From Candidatus Gottesmanbacteria bacterium (GTDB lineage Bacteria > Patescibacteriota > Microgenomatia > UBA10105 > UBA927): 64,000 nt of DNA. Shown piece after piece: positions 19,799 to 29,114 of this stretch (positions are counted from its first letter, which is position 1; every line of letters begins with the position of its first letter). A program made the position numbers and the translations under genes. The notes under the pieces were generated by a model. The model saw only the letters and a list, made by a program, of their open reading frames with translations, was not told the DNA's origin and did not search any database. The stretch lies in contig OY970230.1 in assembly GCA_963714095.1 (NCBI GenBank), forward strand, positions 468,084-532,083. The letters are read 5' to 3'.

Positions 19799-20458
19799 AT
19801 GAATTACGTGAAAAAACATTGGTATTTGGTCCTCGTATTGTTCCTCACTATCGGACTGGCCATCATGGTTATTTTAACCAGCGGAAAACTTTCCCAAACC
19901 AAACAGGTCACCCCAACCAAGTCTCGGGCTGCTGCTGCTGCGTGCACATTGACATTTAACATCGTAACCCCTACGCCGACGGGAACCGTTACCCCCACGC
20001 CCACGCCGACAAATACGCCCACACCGACGCTATCTCCCACACCGACAAATACGCCCACACCGACGCTATCTCCCACACCGACGGCCACACCAGCACCTAC
20101 ATCGACACCATATCCCACTGCAACACCGATGATTGTATATAACAATCCCACACCAACACCTACATCGACACCATATCCCACTGCTACCCCGACACCCACC
20201 CAATTGCAGATAGCGCAAGTCGCTGCGTGTAACCAATCCTGTACAGTGAATACCGACTGCGCCGCACAACTCGTATGTATCGGAGGCGCATGCAGAAATT
20301 CAACCTGTACCTCACAAGCCAATTGTCTCTGTCTTACGGCAGGAGCGGGAGCAGCACCGACGCCGAAGGTTCCAGTTTCCGGTTCCGGTCCGTCAGTCCT
20401 AGGCGCCTCGATTATCGGCAGTGGGGTCCTCATTCTTCTGCTGGGATTAGCGCTCTAA
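19799..20458 (+). CDS. surface protein with N-terminal signal anchor, long TP-repeat linker, 10-Cys module and C-terminal hydrophobic anchor (start at MNYVKK)
   Basis: [29 protein letters not shown]...; [36 protein letters not shown]; C-terminal [30 protein letters not shown]. Confidence 0.75.
   Translation: MNYVKKHWYLVLVLFLTIGLAIMVILTSGKLSQTKQVTPTKSRAAAAACTLTFNIVTPTPTGTVTPTPTPTNTPTPTLSPTPTNTPTPTLSPTPTATPAPTSTPYPTATPMIVYNNPTPTPTSTPYPTATPTPTQLQIAQVAACNQSCTVNTDCAAQLVCIGGACRNSTCTSQANCLCLTAGAGAAPTPKVPVSGSGPSVLGASIIGSGVLILLLGLAL
19983..20022 (+). repeat. second copy of the 40-nt dispersed repeat (see 19466-19505)
   Basis: Exact 40/40 match. Confidence 0.85.
20005..20076 (+). repeat. 36-bp tandem repeat x2 encoding [12 protein letters not shown]; a further ~29-bp repeat pair at 20093-20121 and 20157-20185 encodes [11 protein letters not shown]
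   Basis: (g/a)ccgacaaatacgcccacaccgacgctatctcccac x2. Confidence 0.9.
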
Positions 20459-20466
20459 ACGCAGGA

Positions 20467-21465
20467 TTAATTATCTAATTGCTGTTTTATATACGCGTGG
20501 ATATCATCCCAACTCGTATGCGGCACCAAGACATACAGGTTGTTATACAAATATGCAGGCGGATTATCTAACAGTTGGTCAAAGGCTATTTTTCTAATCT
20601 GATCCTGAGAAACCGATGCAAAACGTTTCCCTACGGTCAAGGCTTCGGCAATATTCAAATCCGAGTTCGTCGCATCGTCCAATAATTTTGGCAAGGCCCT
20701 TAAACGTGAAAATGTTATCCACGATGATGGATGCATCAGTCTATCTTTGAGAGCAACCAAAATAATCTGCTGCCGGCGGCTCCTGGCAAAATCGCTCCCC
20801 TCAGCCCCCTCCGCGTGGCGGCTCCTGGCATAAATGAGCGCACGGTCCCCGTCCATATGCTGTAATCCCGCATCAAAATGCACCGTCTCATAGACGCACG
20901 CATTCGTAGGATCGCCCGGGCAACTACTGTGCTCCATACCCGGTATTGGATACTGTGTATCGGTAAACGATACCGGCACGGTCACGTCGATACCTCCCAC
21001 TGCGTCAATAACCTTCGTAAACCCGGAAAAATCGACAACCACTGCATAGTGAATGGGGATTCCGATCACATCTTCAGTAATAACTTGCGCAAGAAGCAAC
21101 CCGCTTCCTTTTTTCTTCAGTTCCCCGTAATGGTATGCGCTATTTATTTTATCCTTCAGCGTATCGCTCCAGATATCACGGGGAATGGAAATAAGCGCTA
21201 CCGTTTTTTTCATGTTATCCAATGACAGCACTATCATCGTGTCGGTTAAATCAACTCCCTCGTGGTTGCCTCCGCCAATACCCAGAATGAGGATGTTTGT
21301 GCGGTTATCTGAAGACTGCAGCACGGCCCCGTCATCGAATGCCAGCCGACCAATAAGTGCCGGGGTGATCCCGGTCTGGAGAATAAAGCGCGTAGTCCAG
21401 ATAACCGTTTTTGCCGCCAAAAAAAGAAAAAAGATAAATACCGCGAATGCAATAATTTTTTTCAT
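20467..21465 (-). CDS. LytR-CpsA-Psr (LCP) family cell-wall glycopolymer ligase
   Basis: N-terminal TM; LILGIGGG...DTMIVLSLD...TVALISIPRD LCP core. Confidence 0.85.
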   Translation of the reverse strand: MKKIIAFAVFIFFLFLAAKTVIWTTRFILQTGITPALIGRLAFDDGAVLQSSDNRTNILILGIGGGNHEGVDLTDTMIVLSLDNMKKTVALISIPRDIWSDTLKDKINSAYHYGELKKKGSGLLLAQVITEDVIGIPIHYAVVVDFSGFTKVIDAVGGIDVTVPVSFTDTQYPIPGMEHSSCPGDPTNACVYETVHFDAGLQHMDGDRALIYARSRHAEGAEGSDFARSRRQQIILVALKDRLMHPSSWITFSRLRALPKLLDDATNSDLNIAEALTVGKRFASVSQDQIRKIAFDQLLDNPPAYLYNNLYVLVPHTSWDDIHAYIKQQLDN

Positions 21466-22127
21466 CTGGCATTTGTTATGAGTTCAGCAAATTTCTCAGG
21501 ATCCAAACTTGACCCCCCCGGAAGAACTCCGTCTATTGCCGGCTGAGCCACAAAAGAAGCAACGTTCACATCTGTAACACTTCCGCCGTAAATTACTGTG
21601 GGAACCTGAAATTTTTCTTTGATATCCGTAATAACCGAATTGGCATTCCCGGGTGTATCAGACTCACCCGTACCGATTGCCCAAACCGGCTCATAGGCCG
21701 CAACTGTGATATGCGCAGGTATTGATGTTGAATTGTCAGGAACACAATAAATAATCTTCAAGCCGGCGAGGTGTGCCTGTTCGACTTTTTTCTGCAACAC
21801 GTCATCCGTCTCATGGAAATTTTTCCTGCGTTCCGAGTGTCCGATAATTACCCAGTCGGCTAACTCTTTAACCATCCTGGCGCTTTCCTCTCCGGTTTCC
21901 GCCCCGTCCGGAAACGGCGATACATTCTGTGCCCCCAAAAGAAGCGGCAACGCATGCTCCTTTATTTCTTCTTTCACCGTATACAGTAATGTAAAGGGTA
22001 CGCAGAGTACAACAGTAATATATGAAGGAACTGAGGCGATACGATCTTTAAAATCCTGAAGCCACCGCATTGCCTCTGCCGTCGTCTTATTACTCTTCCA
22101 ATTCCCGGCAATCACCAGTGGCTTCAT
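21462..22127 (-). CDS. tpiA: triosephosphate isomerase
   Basis: AGNWKSN, IGHSERR, YEPVWAIGTG motifs. Confidence 0.95.
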   Translation of the reverse strand: MKPLVIAGNWKSNKTTAEAMRWLQDFKDRIASVPSYITVVLCVPFTLLYTVKEEIKEHALPLLLGAQNVSPFPDGAETGEESARMVKELADWVIIGHSERRKNFHETDDVLQKKVEQAHLAGLKIIYCVPDNSTSIPAHITVAAYEPVWAIGTGESDTPGNANSVITDIKEKFQVPTVIYGGSVTDVNVASFVAQPAIDGVLPGGSSLDPEKFAELITNAR

Positions 22128-23990
22128 ATGGTACTATTATACGGTATGAGTGACGCGCTCCTCAATGATTTAAATTCCGACCAACAGGCAGCGGTTGTTC
22201 ATACGGACGGACCGGTCCTCATACTTGCCGGAGCCGGATCTGGAAAAACCAGGGTACTTACGTACCGCGTCGCGTATCTCATCAAAGAAAAACATATCTC
22301 TCCGTATAACATCCTCATGCTGACGTTCACCAATAAGGCTGCCAACGAGATGAAAGAACGTATAAAAAAATTACTGGGATCTTCTTCTTTGCCTTTCGCC
22401 GGAACATTTCACTCGCTGGCCGTCAGAATTCTCCGCATTGATGGCAAACATATCGGTATTCCTGACGATTTCGTCATTTACGACGAACAGGATCAACTGG
22501 ATGCGATAAAAGATATTATGAAGCGGCTTGATATTTCATCAAAAAACTTTAACCCAGGAGCTGTTCTTCATACAATCTCCGAAGCGAAAAATGAACTCAT
22601 TTCGGCCATTGAATATCCACAGTATACCAAGGGATATTTCCAGGAAACAGTCGCGACGGTTTATATTGAGTATCAAAAAATGCTTTCTGAAAACCACGCA
22701 TTAGATTTTGATGATTTACTTTCCAAAACCGTAGAATTATTTCTGAAGCGAAAAGAAATACTGGGAACATATCAGGAAAAGTATCAATACATTCTTGTTG
22801 ATGAATACCAGGATACCAATAAAGCGCAGTACATCATGAGTAAGCTTCTTTCCGCCCGATACCGGAATATCTGTGTTGTGGGAGACGCTTCCCAGAGCAT
22901 TTACCGGTGGCGCGGCGCAGACTTCCGCAATATCATTAACTTCAAACGTGATTTTCCGGACGTTGCTGAATTTCACCTGGAACAAAACTACCGTTCAACC
23001 CAAACTATACTGGATGCGGCATTCGGCGTCATTTCCAAAAATACCTCTCACCCTATCCTTAAGCTTTGGACAGACACGAAGGGTGGCGATAAGATTACGC
23101 TGTATGAAGCACGCACTGAGCATGACGAGGCGGCTTTTTTGGTCCAGACAATATTGCAGGCAAACCGGCCATTTAAGGATTTTGCTGTATTGTACCGAAC
23201 CAACGCCCAGTCACGGGTATTAGAGGAAGCGTTTTTACACGCAGGCATTCCCTATGTACTTGTCGGTGGCACGCGGTTTTATGAACGAAGGGAAATCAAA
23301 GACGTACTTGCATACCTCCGGCTTATTGCCAACCCGAAAGACACCGTCTCTTATCGCCGAATTGAAAAGTTAGGTAAAGGACGCATGGAAAAGTTTCTCA
23401 AATATGCCGAAACTATTGCTAAAGATGTAAAACTCGTATCGTTTACCACACTTGAACTCATGGACGGGGTGCTTGCAGCAACCAACTATCTGGAGTTATA
23501 CGATGCCAACGTTGAAGAAGAAGCGTACCGTTTGGAAAACATTAAAGAGCTGCGGTCCGTCGCAACCGAGTTTCCGCGCCTAACAGAATTTTTAGAAACA
23601 GTTGCATTAGTTGAACAGGAATACGAACCGGAAACGCTGAGGAAACGCGAGGCAAACCGCGACGCGGTCACACTCATGACGTTACATGCCGCAAAAGGAT
23701 TGGAGTTCCCGATCGTATTTATGATCGGTATGGAAGAAGGACTATTCCCTCATTCCCGGAGTCTCAATGATCGCGAGGAGATTGAAGAAGAACGGCGGCT
23801 CTGTTATGTGGGCATTACCAGGGCAAAGGAAAAAGTATATCTGACCTTCGCCAACCGCAGGCTCTTTTTCGGCACCAGAACACAAAATATGGTTTCACGG
23901 TTTGTGGCTGATTTACCGGAGCACGTACTTGAATATAATGTTTCATTAAATAGCAGCCGTGGATTCAATGAAGACGACATGCTCTTATAA
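22128..23990 (+). CDS. uvrD: UvrD/PcrA-family superfamily 1 DNA helicase (short, 620 aa)
   Basis: LNSDQQAAVVHTDGPVLILAGAGSGKTRVLTYRVAYLI, DEYQDTN, and C-terminal helicase motifs (YVGITRAKEKVYLT). Confidence 0.9.
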   Translation: MVLLYGMSDALLNDLNSDQQAAVVHTDGPVLILAGAGSGKTRVLTYRVAYLIKEKHISPYNILMLTFTNKAANEMKERIKKLLGSSSLPFAGTFHSLAVRILRIDGKHIGIPDDFVIYDEQDQLDAIKDIMKRLDISSKNFNPGAVLHTISEAKNELISAIEYPQYTKGYFQETVATVYIEYQKMLSENHALDFDDLLSKTVELFLKRKEILGTYQEKYQYILVDEYQDTNKAQYIMSKLLSARYRNICVVGDASQSIYRWRGADFRNIINFKRDFPDVAEFHLEQNYRSTQTILDAAFGVISKNTSHPILKLWTDTKGGDKITLYEARTEHDEAAFLVQTILQANRPFKDFAVLYRTNAQSRVLEEAFLHAGIPYVLVGGTRFYERREIKDVLAYLRLIANPKDTVSYRRIEKLGKGRMEKFLKYAETIAKDVKLVSFTTLELMDGVLAATNYLELYDANVEEEAYRLENIKELRSVATEFPRLTEFLETVALVEQEYEPETLRKREANRDAVTLMTLHAAKGLEFPIVFMIGMEEGLFPHSRSLNDREEIEEERRLCYVGITRAKEKVYLTFANRRLFFGTRTQNMVSRFVADLPEHVLEYNVSLNSSRGFNEDDMLL

Positions 23991-24001
23991 CAAATGGCCA
24001 G

Positions 24002-24913
24002 GTGTATAATAGCCTCATGACACACCCGTTACAGACGCCTGCCTGGGGAGATTTCCGGAAAGCCATGGGAATAGACGTCGTCCGTCTCAACGATTGGCAA
24101 CTGACGTTTCATAAAATCCCGTATACCCCATGGACCATCGGCTACCTCCCGAAAGGCCCTGCGCCGACAAAAAAAATGATTGATGAATTATTGAAATTAG
24201 GACGGAAAAAACGCGCCATTTTTATCCAACTCGAGCCAAACACAACGGAAAAAGTACATTTGAAACCCTCACATCACCCGTTATTTACAAAATACACATT
24301 TATTCTGGATCTGACAAAATCCGAAGACGAACTTTTAGCGAGGATGCACCCGAAAACACGCTACAACATAAAGGTTGCACAAAAACACAATGTGATCGTG
24401 AAAGAAGATAACTCCCCTGCCGCAATGAAGGAATATCTCCGCCTCACCCAAGAGACAACATCCCGCCAGGGATTCTATGCACATAACAAAAAGTATCACG
24501 AAATCATGTGGAAGATTATGCACGATGCCGGAATTGCGCATTTGTTTACCGCGTCCTATGAAGGCGAGGTACTCTCTGCATGGATTGTTTTTATTTTGGG
24601 CGACACGGTCTATTATCCGTACGGATCGTCAAGTAGAAACCACCGCGAGGTTATGGCACCGACGTTACTCCTATGGGAAATCACCAAGTGGGCAAAACAA
24701 AAAGGTCTCAAACACTTTGATCTTTGGGGTGCAATGGGACCAAATCCCAATCCGAATGACCCATGGTACGGATTCCACCGCTTCAAACAGGGATTCAACC
24801 CACTCCTTGTGGCATTCGCCGGATCATTTGATCTCGTCATCAAACCACACCTGTATTCACTCTATACACTTGCGGATACTCTCCGGTGGAAATTCCTGAA
24901 ACTCAGACAGTAA
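24002..24913 (+). CDS. FemAB-family aminoacyltransferase (peptidoglycan interpeptide bridge formation, FemX-like)
   Basis: 303 aa, tandem GNAT-like fold, FemAB family similarity (…YFYPYGSS…LLLWEITKWAKQKGLKHFDLWG). Confidence 0.8.
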   Translation: MYNSLMTHPLQTPAWGDFRKAMGIDVVRLNDWQLTFHKIPYTPWTIGYLPKGPAPTKKMIDELLKLGRKKRAIFIQLEPNTTEKVHLKPSHHPLFTKYTFILDLTKSEDELLARMHPKTRYNIKVAQKHNVIVKEDNSPAAMKEYLRLTQETTSRQGFYAHNKKYHEIMWKIMHDAGIAHLFTASYEGEVLSAWIVFILGDTVYYPYGSSSRNHREVMAPTLLLWEITKWAKQKGLKHFDLWGAMGPNPNPNDPWYGFHRFKQGFNPLLVAFAGSFDLVIKPHLYSLYTLADTLRWKFLKLRQ

Positions 24914-24918
24914 ACCCA

Positions 24919-25743
24919 ATGGAACTCCAACAATCACCGCTCTACGGCAAGTACATTCACTCCCTCGGATGGACTATTATCCGTGTCGGAAACGTGCAAA
25001 TGTTTTATAAACATATTCCGCTGGCAGGCGGGTTATTAAAAATCCAGCGGCCGCTGCAGTTGCCACCCGTCAGACAATTAATCCCGATTCTAAAAGAATA
25101 TCACGTCAGGACAGTTGCAATAGAACCCCATCCTAAAGAAAATGTCGCCGCGTATAAACGTTGGTGTACACAAATTGCCAGACGCTGCAGGGTCCTCCGC
25201 TCTTCTTACCAGCCGACCAAGACAATTCTTATTGACGTCACCTCACCGGAAAATGAAATTTTTTCCCGGTTTACTGACTCAAAACGAAGAGCCGTACGCA
25301 AAGCCGTAAAAAACGGCATCATTGTGGAAGAATCCGGCGATATTAAAAATCTTATTACGATAAAAAATAAATCAGGAGGCGTGTTCGGATTTATTACCAC
25401 ATTCGGCATAGACAGATTCTGGCCTGTCATGGCACCCGATCATGCAACAGTACTTTTAGCATATACCGACACTCACAAACTTGTCGGCGGAATTTTACTC
25501 ATTTTCTGGAAAAAAACCGCCTATTACTGGATTGCCGGTGCAACACAAAAAGGAAAGAAAATGTTTGCTCCAACACTTCTCGTGTGGGAAGCGTTGAAGG
25601 TTGCAAAAAAACACGGAATGGGACAATTTGATTTTGTCGGCGTATGGGATGAACGAAAACCAAACGAGCACCATGACTGGCTCGGATTTACCAAATTCAA
25701 AGAGGGCTTCGGAGGAAAAACGTTTTATTATCCGCTTTATTAA
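24919..25743 (+). CDS. second FemAB-family aminoacyltransferase paralog
   Basis: Same fold and length as the upstream gene (…YYWIAGATQKGKKMFAPTLLVWEALKVAKKHGMGQFDFVGV). An alternative start at 24886 overlaps the upstream ORF. Confidence 0.8.
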   Translation: MELQQSPLYGKYIHSLGWTIIRVGNVQMFYKHIPLAGGLLKIQRPLQLPPVRQLIPILKEYHVRTVAIEPHPKENVAAYKRWCTQIARRCRVLRSSYQPTKTILIDVTSPENEIFSRFTDSKRRAVRKAVKNGIIVEESGDIKNLITIKNKSGGVFGFITTFGIDRFWPVMAPDHATVLLAYTDTHKLVGGILLIFWKKTAYYWIAGATQKGKKMFAPTLLVWEALKVAKKHGMGQFDFVGVWDERKPNEHHDWLGFTKFKEGFGGKTFYYPLY

Positions 25744-28565
25744 GACCACGCCTCACAGATCATGCGAAACTCGCAGAAGTCGCAGAATTTACCGGGTGTT
25801 GCGCGGAAATCACTCCGGGAAATTTCCTCGGCCCGTTTGGCGATTTCTTCCCTGGCCGCCACAAGCTGCTCCTTTGTCCGGGTTCCTGATACTTTTGTCT
25901 GATCTTCAAAGAAATAAAACGAAACGATGACGTTTTCCTCATGAGCTGCCATTGCGTATACCGTTAGCTGCAAATCTTTCCTCGGGTCCCTGGTTTTTGG
26001 CGCAGTCCCGGTTTTATAATCAATAATTTCCATTGTCCCATCTTTCAATTTATCAATCCTGTCGATTTTTCCGCCGAGGGTAAGCGTTGGGGTAATTTTA
26101 ATTTTAAACGGCTCCTCCAAACCCGTCGGGATAACTTGAGGATCAAATCCTTTTGCATAAAACCCGGCAAGCAGATCCCGACCATGCCGTTTCATTTTCT
26201 CCTCATATTTTTTATCCCCGTATCCCAAGTGCGACCAGTGGTCATCCAGGAAACGCAGTAAATCCTGTTTCGTCGGGTGAGCGCCGCTTTTTACCAATTC
26301 ATAAAATGCGCGTATTGTTTTATGCATCGTATCGCCGAACGACAAAGCCGCCGAGGGCGGAACCGGAATTTTAAGCATATAGCGGTAACGGTATTGCAAC
26401 GGACAGGTCATAAACGTATCGAGTTGCGAATAGGAAAGATACGTCACCGGTTGGCGGACAGGCTTTGCCTCAGGCTCTTCTGTTTTTTCCCAATGAAGAA
26501 GAGGCAACTGTTTTGAATCCTGACTTACAGATTGCAATTCTTTTTTTCCTATTGCTTCAAAAATAAACGGAGATAATTTTTTCTCCCTCTTCGCATCTCC
26601 GTAATATTTTGCGCCGGTGAAATACAGCTCGTCGCGTGCGCGCGTCATACCGACATAAAAAAGCCGGCGCTCTTCTTCCTCATGATAATCGCCGGTCGGA
26701 AGTAATTCTTTTACAAGCGCATCAGGGATGGGAATCTGTTCACGCCTCTCGGTCGTCGGAAACCGGGCATTTACCAAATTCACTAAAAACACAACGTTAA
26801 ATTCCAGACCCTTTGCCGAATGAACGGTTAAAATATTCACTGCGTTATTTTCGCTCCAGTCAATATCCGCGGCCAAAGGTGATTCTCCGAGCGTCATGGA
26901 CAGGTCTATCCAATCAATAACGGTAAACACACTCGCATCCTCATGTTCAACTTCATACGTTTTTAGTTTATTAAAAAATTTCGCTATATTTTCAGCAATT
27001 TTTTCATCTTTACTACTTTTGACTGTCGCCAGTTTCTTCAAAAGTCCCGTTCCCTCCAAAAAATAATACAAAATCTGCCCTGCTGTTTCTTTTTTGATAA
27101 GTCCCAGGTGTTTATGGATCATCGTAACTAACTTTTTAACATTCTCCGACTCCGATTTTTCACAGGCTTCAAATATCGACATTCCGTATTTTCTTGAATA
27201 ATTGATAAGAGCCGCGATATCCCGTGGGGCAATCGCGACCCAGTCCATTGTCAGCACGCGGTACATCGCCACGTTATCTTCAAAGTTATAAAGAATTTTG
27301 AGATATGCAATAAGATCTTTGACTTCTGGCTGTCTGAACAGTTGTCCGGGCCCTAAAAATTGATACGGGATGCCAAATCGCGATAGCGACCGGACAAACG
27401 GTTCGGCGTGATTGTTGGCCCGCACCAGAATGGCAAAATCTGAATAGGCATAGCCCGAAATCTTCGTAGTTATTTCCTTAATTTTTTTGGCGACGAGATC
27501 CGCTTCGTGTTCAACGCGCTCGGCATACAATACCCCAACGGGAATGCCGTTCATCCTTCGCATGCTCTCCAATTTTTTATCGATTCGCTCCGCGACTTCC
27601 AACCTATCCGGATTATTCTTTTGTATTAAATCGTACGACCGATCAAGAATTTCTTTTGTTGAACGGTAGTTTTTTGTGAGAACAACAATTTTAGCTTTCG
27701 GGAATGTTTTCCGGAACTGAATAATGTTTGCAATTGCCGCCCCGCGCCAGCGGTAAATCGCCTGATCGTCATCCCCTACGACGGCAATATTTTTCTTTTT
27801 CCCGGCCAAAAGTATTGCCAATTCATTCTGTGCAAAATTCGTATCCTGAAATTCATCGATAAGAATATATTTGAATTGCTGCTGATATTTCCTAAGTATT
27901 GCCGGCCTCTCCCGGAATATTTTCAGCGTCCAGCTTATCAAATCCGCATAATCCGCTACCCCATCTTTTACTTTTAGCTCTTCGTACAGTCGAAACGCGG
28001 TTGCCAATTCTCTATATTTATCCTTATCTTCGTCTTTAGTTTTAATGGCCCATTTGCCATATTGTTGCGGCGAGATATCTTCGTCTTTCAGTCGCGAGAA
28101 ATGCCCAATCATGCCGCTTATAAATTTTGACGGATTCCCCAGCGGCCTGAAATAGTTCAAATCAAATTTGAAAATATTCTTACGGAAAAACATAATCGTT
28201 TCCGCTTCGGTCATTAACTTATACCCAGGGTCTATCCCTATATTAATCGCCTCTCCACGCAGCACCCTATCGCAGAAGGCATGGAACGTAGAAATCCACA
28301 TCTGTGTGACGCCATAGGGGAGTGCAATATCGACACGGGTCTCCATCTCACGGCTTGCTTTTTCGGTAAATGTGAGAGCGAGTATTTCCTGGGGTTTCGC
28401 TTTTCCTGATGTGATTAAATATTTGATGCGCTCTGTGACAACTGTCGTTTTTCCCGTCCCCGCTCCGGCAATAATAAGAAGCGGCCCTTCCCCAAACCTC
28501 ACCGCCGCCTTCTGCTCTTTATTGAGTTGTGTCTCTTCAACTGGAATCTTCGCCATGTGGGGCAA
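25740..28565 (-). CDS. SF1 helicase (UvrD/AddA-like) fused to a C-terminal RecB-family PD-(D/E)xK nuclease with a Cys cluster
   Basis: IIAGAGTGKTTVV, ILIDEFQDTN; C-terminal GKIDRIDKL...EIIDYKTG nuclease motif and CDFCEFRMICE cysteine cluster. Confidence 0.9.
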   Translation of the reverse strand: MPHMAKIPVEETQLNKEQKAAVRFGEGPLLIIAGAGTGKTTVVTERIKYLITSGKAKPQEILALTFTEKASREMETRVDIALPYGVTQMWISTFHAFCDRVLRGEAINIGIDPGYKLMTEAETIMFFRKNIFKFDLNYFRPLGNPSKFISGMIGHFSRLKDEDISPQQYGKWAIKTKDEDKDKYRELATAFRLYEELKVKDGVADYADLISWTLKIFRERPAILRKYQQQFKYILIDEFQDTNFAQNELAILLAGKKKNIAVVGDDDQAIYRWRGAAIANIIQFRKTFPKAKIVVLTKNYRSTKEILDRSYDLIQKNNPDRLEVAERIDKKLESMRRMNGIPVGVLYAERVEHEADLVAKKIKEITTKISGYAYSDFAILVRANNHAEPFVRSLSRFGIPYQFLGPGQLFRQPEVKDLIAYLKILYNFEDNVAMYRVLTMDWVAIAPRDIAALINYSRKYGMSIFEACEKSESENVKKLVTMIHKHLGLIKKETAGQILYYFLEGTGLLKKLATVKSSKDEKIAENIAKFFNKLKTYEVEHEDASVFTVIDWIDLSMTLGESPLAADIDWSENNAVNILTVHSAKGLEFNVVFLVNLVNARFPTTERREQIPIPDALVKELLPTGDYHEEEERRLFYVGMTRARDELYFTGAKYYGDAKREKKLSPFIFEAIGKKELQSVSQDSKQLPLLHWEKTEEPEAKPVRQPVTYLSYSQLDTFMTCPLQYRYRYMLKIPVPPSAALSFGDTMHKTIRAFYELVKSGAHPTKQDLLRFLDDHWSHLGYGDKKYEEKMKRHGRDLLAGFYAKGFDPQVIPTGLEEPFKIKITPTLTLGGKIDRIDKLKDGTMEIIDYKTGTAPKTRDPRKDLQLTVYAMAAHEENVIVSFYFFEDQTKVSGTRTKEQLVAAREEIAKRAEEISRSDFRATPGKFCDFCEFRMICEAWS

Positions 28566-28576
28566 TTATAATCTAT

Positions 28577-29113
28577 TTATTTAATAAGTTTCAGCAATAA
28601 TGGGAATTCACGGTATCCGTCTCTGGCCATAAAATGACCAGCATTTTCAACGGTAATAAACTTAGCATTTAATTTTCTTGCTAATCCTTTCGATCGTTCA
28701 AAATCTATCCAAGGATCTGTTGTGGAATTAACTATTGTTATAGGGATGTGTTTACTTTTAATCGCTTCATAGTTAAATCCATTTTTGAAAAAAGTTTGAT
28801 GAAATTTTTTGACATCCTCCATTAACCAATCCCATGCGGCAACTAATAAAACGCTTTTAACTTTCACTTCTGGGCGTTCCAAATATTTCATTATCAATGA
28901 ATTTGATAATGAATGACCTATTAAAACGGTATTTTCATCCGGCGAAAGCGACACCAGTGTTTCCATCCATTCGTTTAACTTTGGTTCCTTCGTGTTTGGC
29001 ATTTCCGGAACATCAACTCTATACCCAATTTTTTCCAATTGTTTTTTTAACCAAGGAAGCCACTGTCCATTTGGAGTTTCTTCCCACGCATGAATGACAA
29101 TTGCTCTTTTCAT
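28577..29113 (-). CDS. alpha/beta-fold serine hydrolase (YdeN/RBBP9-like)
   Basis: 178 aa; GHSLS nucleophile elbow; Ser_hydrolase family pattern. Confidence 0.7.
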   Translation of the reverse strand: MKRAIVIHAWEETPNGQWLPWLKKQLEKIGYRVDVPEMPNTKEPKLNEWMETLVSLSPDENTVLIGHSLSNSLIMKYLERPEVKVKSVLLVAAWDWLMEDVKKFHQTFFKNGFNYEAIKSKHIPITIVNSTTDPWIDFERSKGLARKLNAKFITVENAGHFMARDGYREFPLLLKLIK

Positions 29114-29114
29114 A

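Noticed and set aside
11891-20186. Tandem direct repeats as a possible CRISPR array
   Set aside because: The repeats are 30-36 bp units directly abutting with no spacers, lie in-frame within ORFs encoding Thr/Pro linkers, and no cas genes are nearby.
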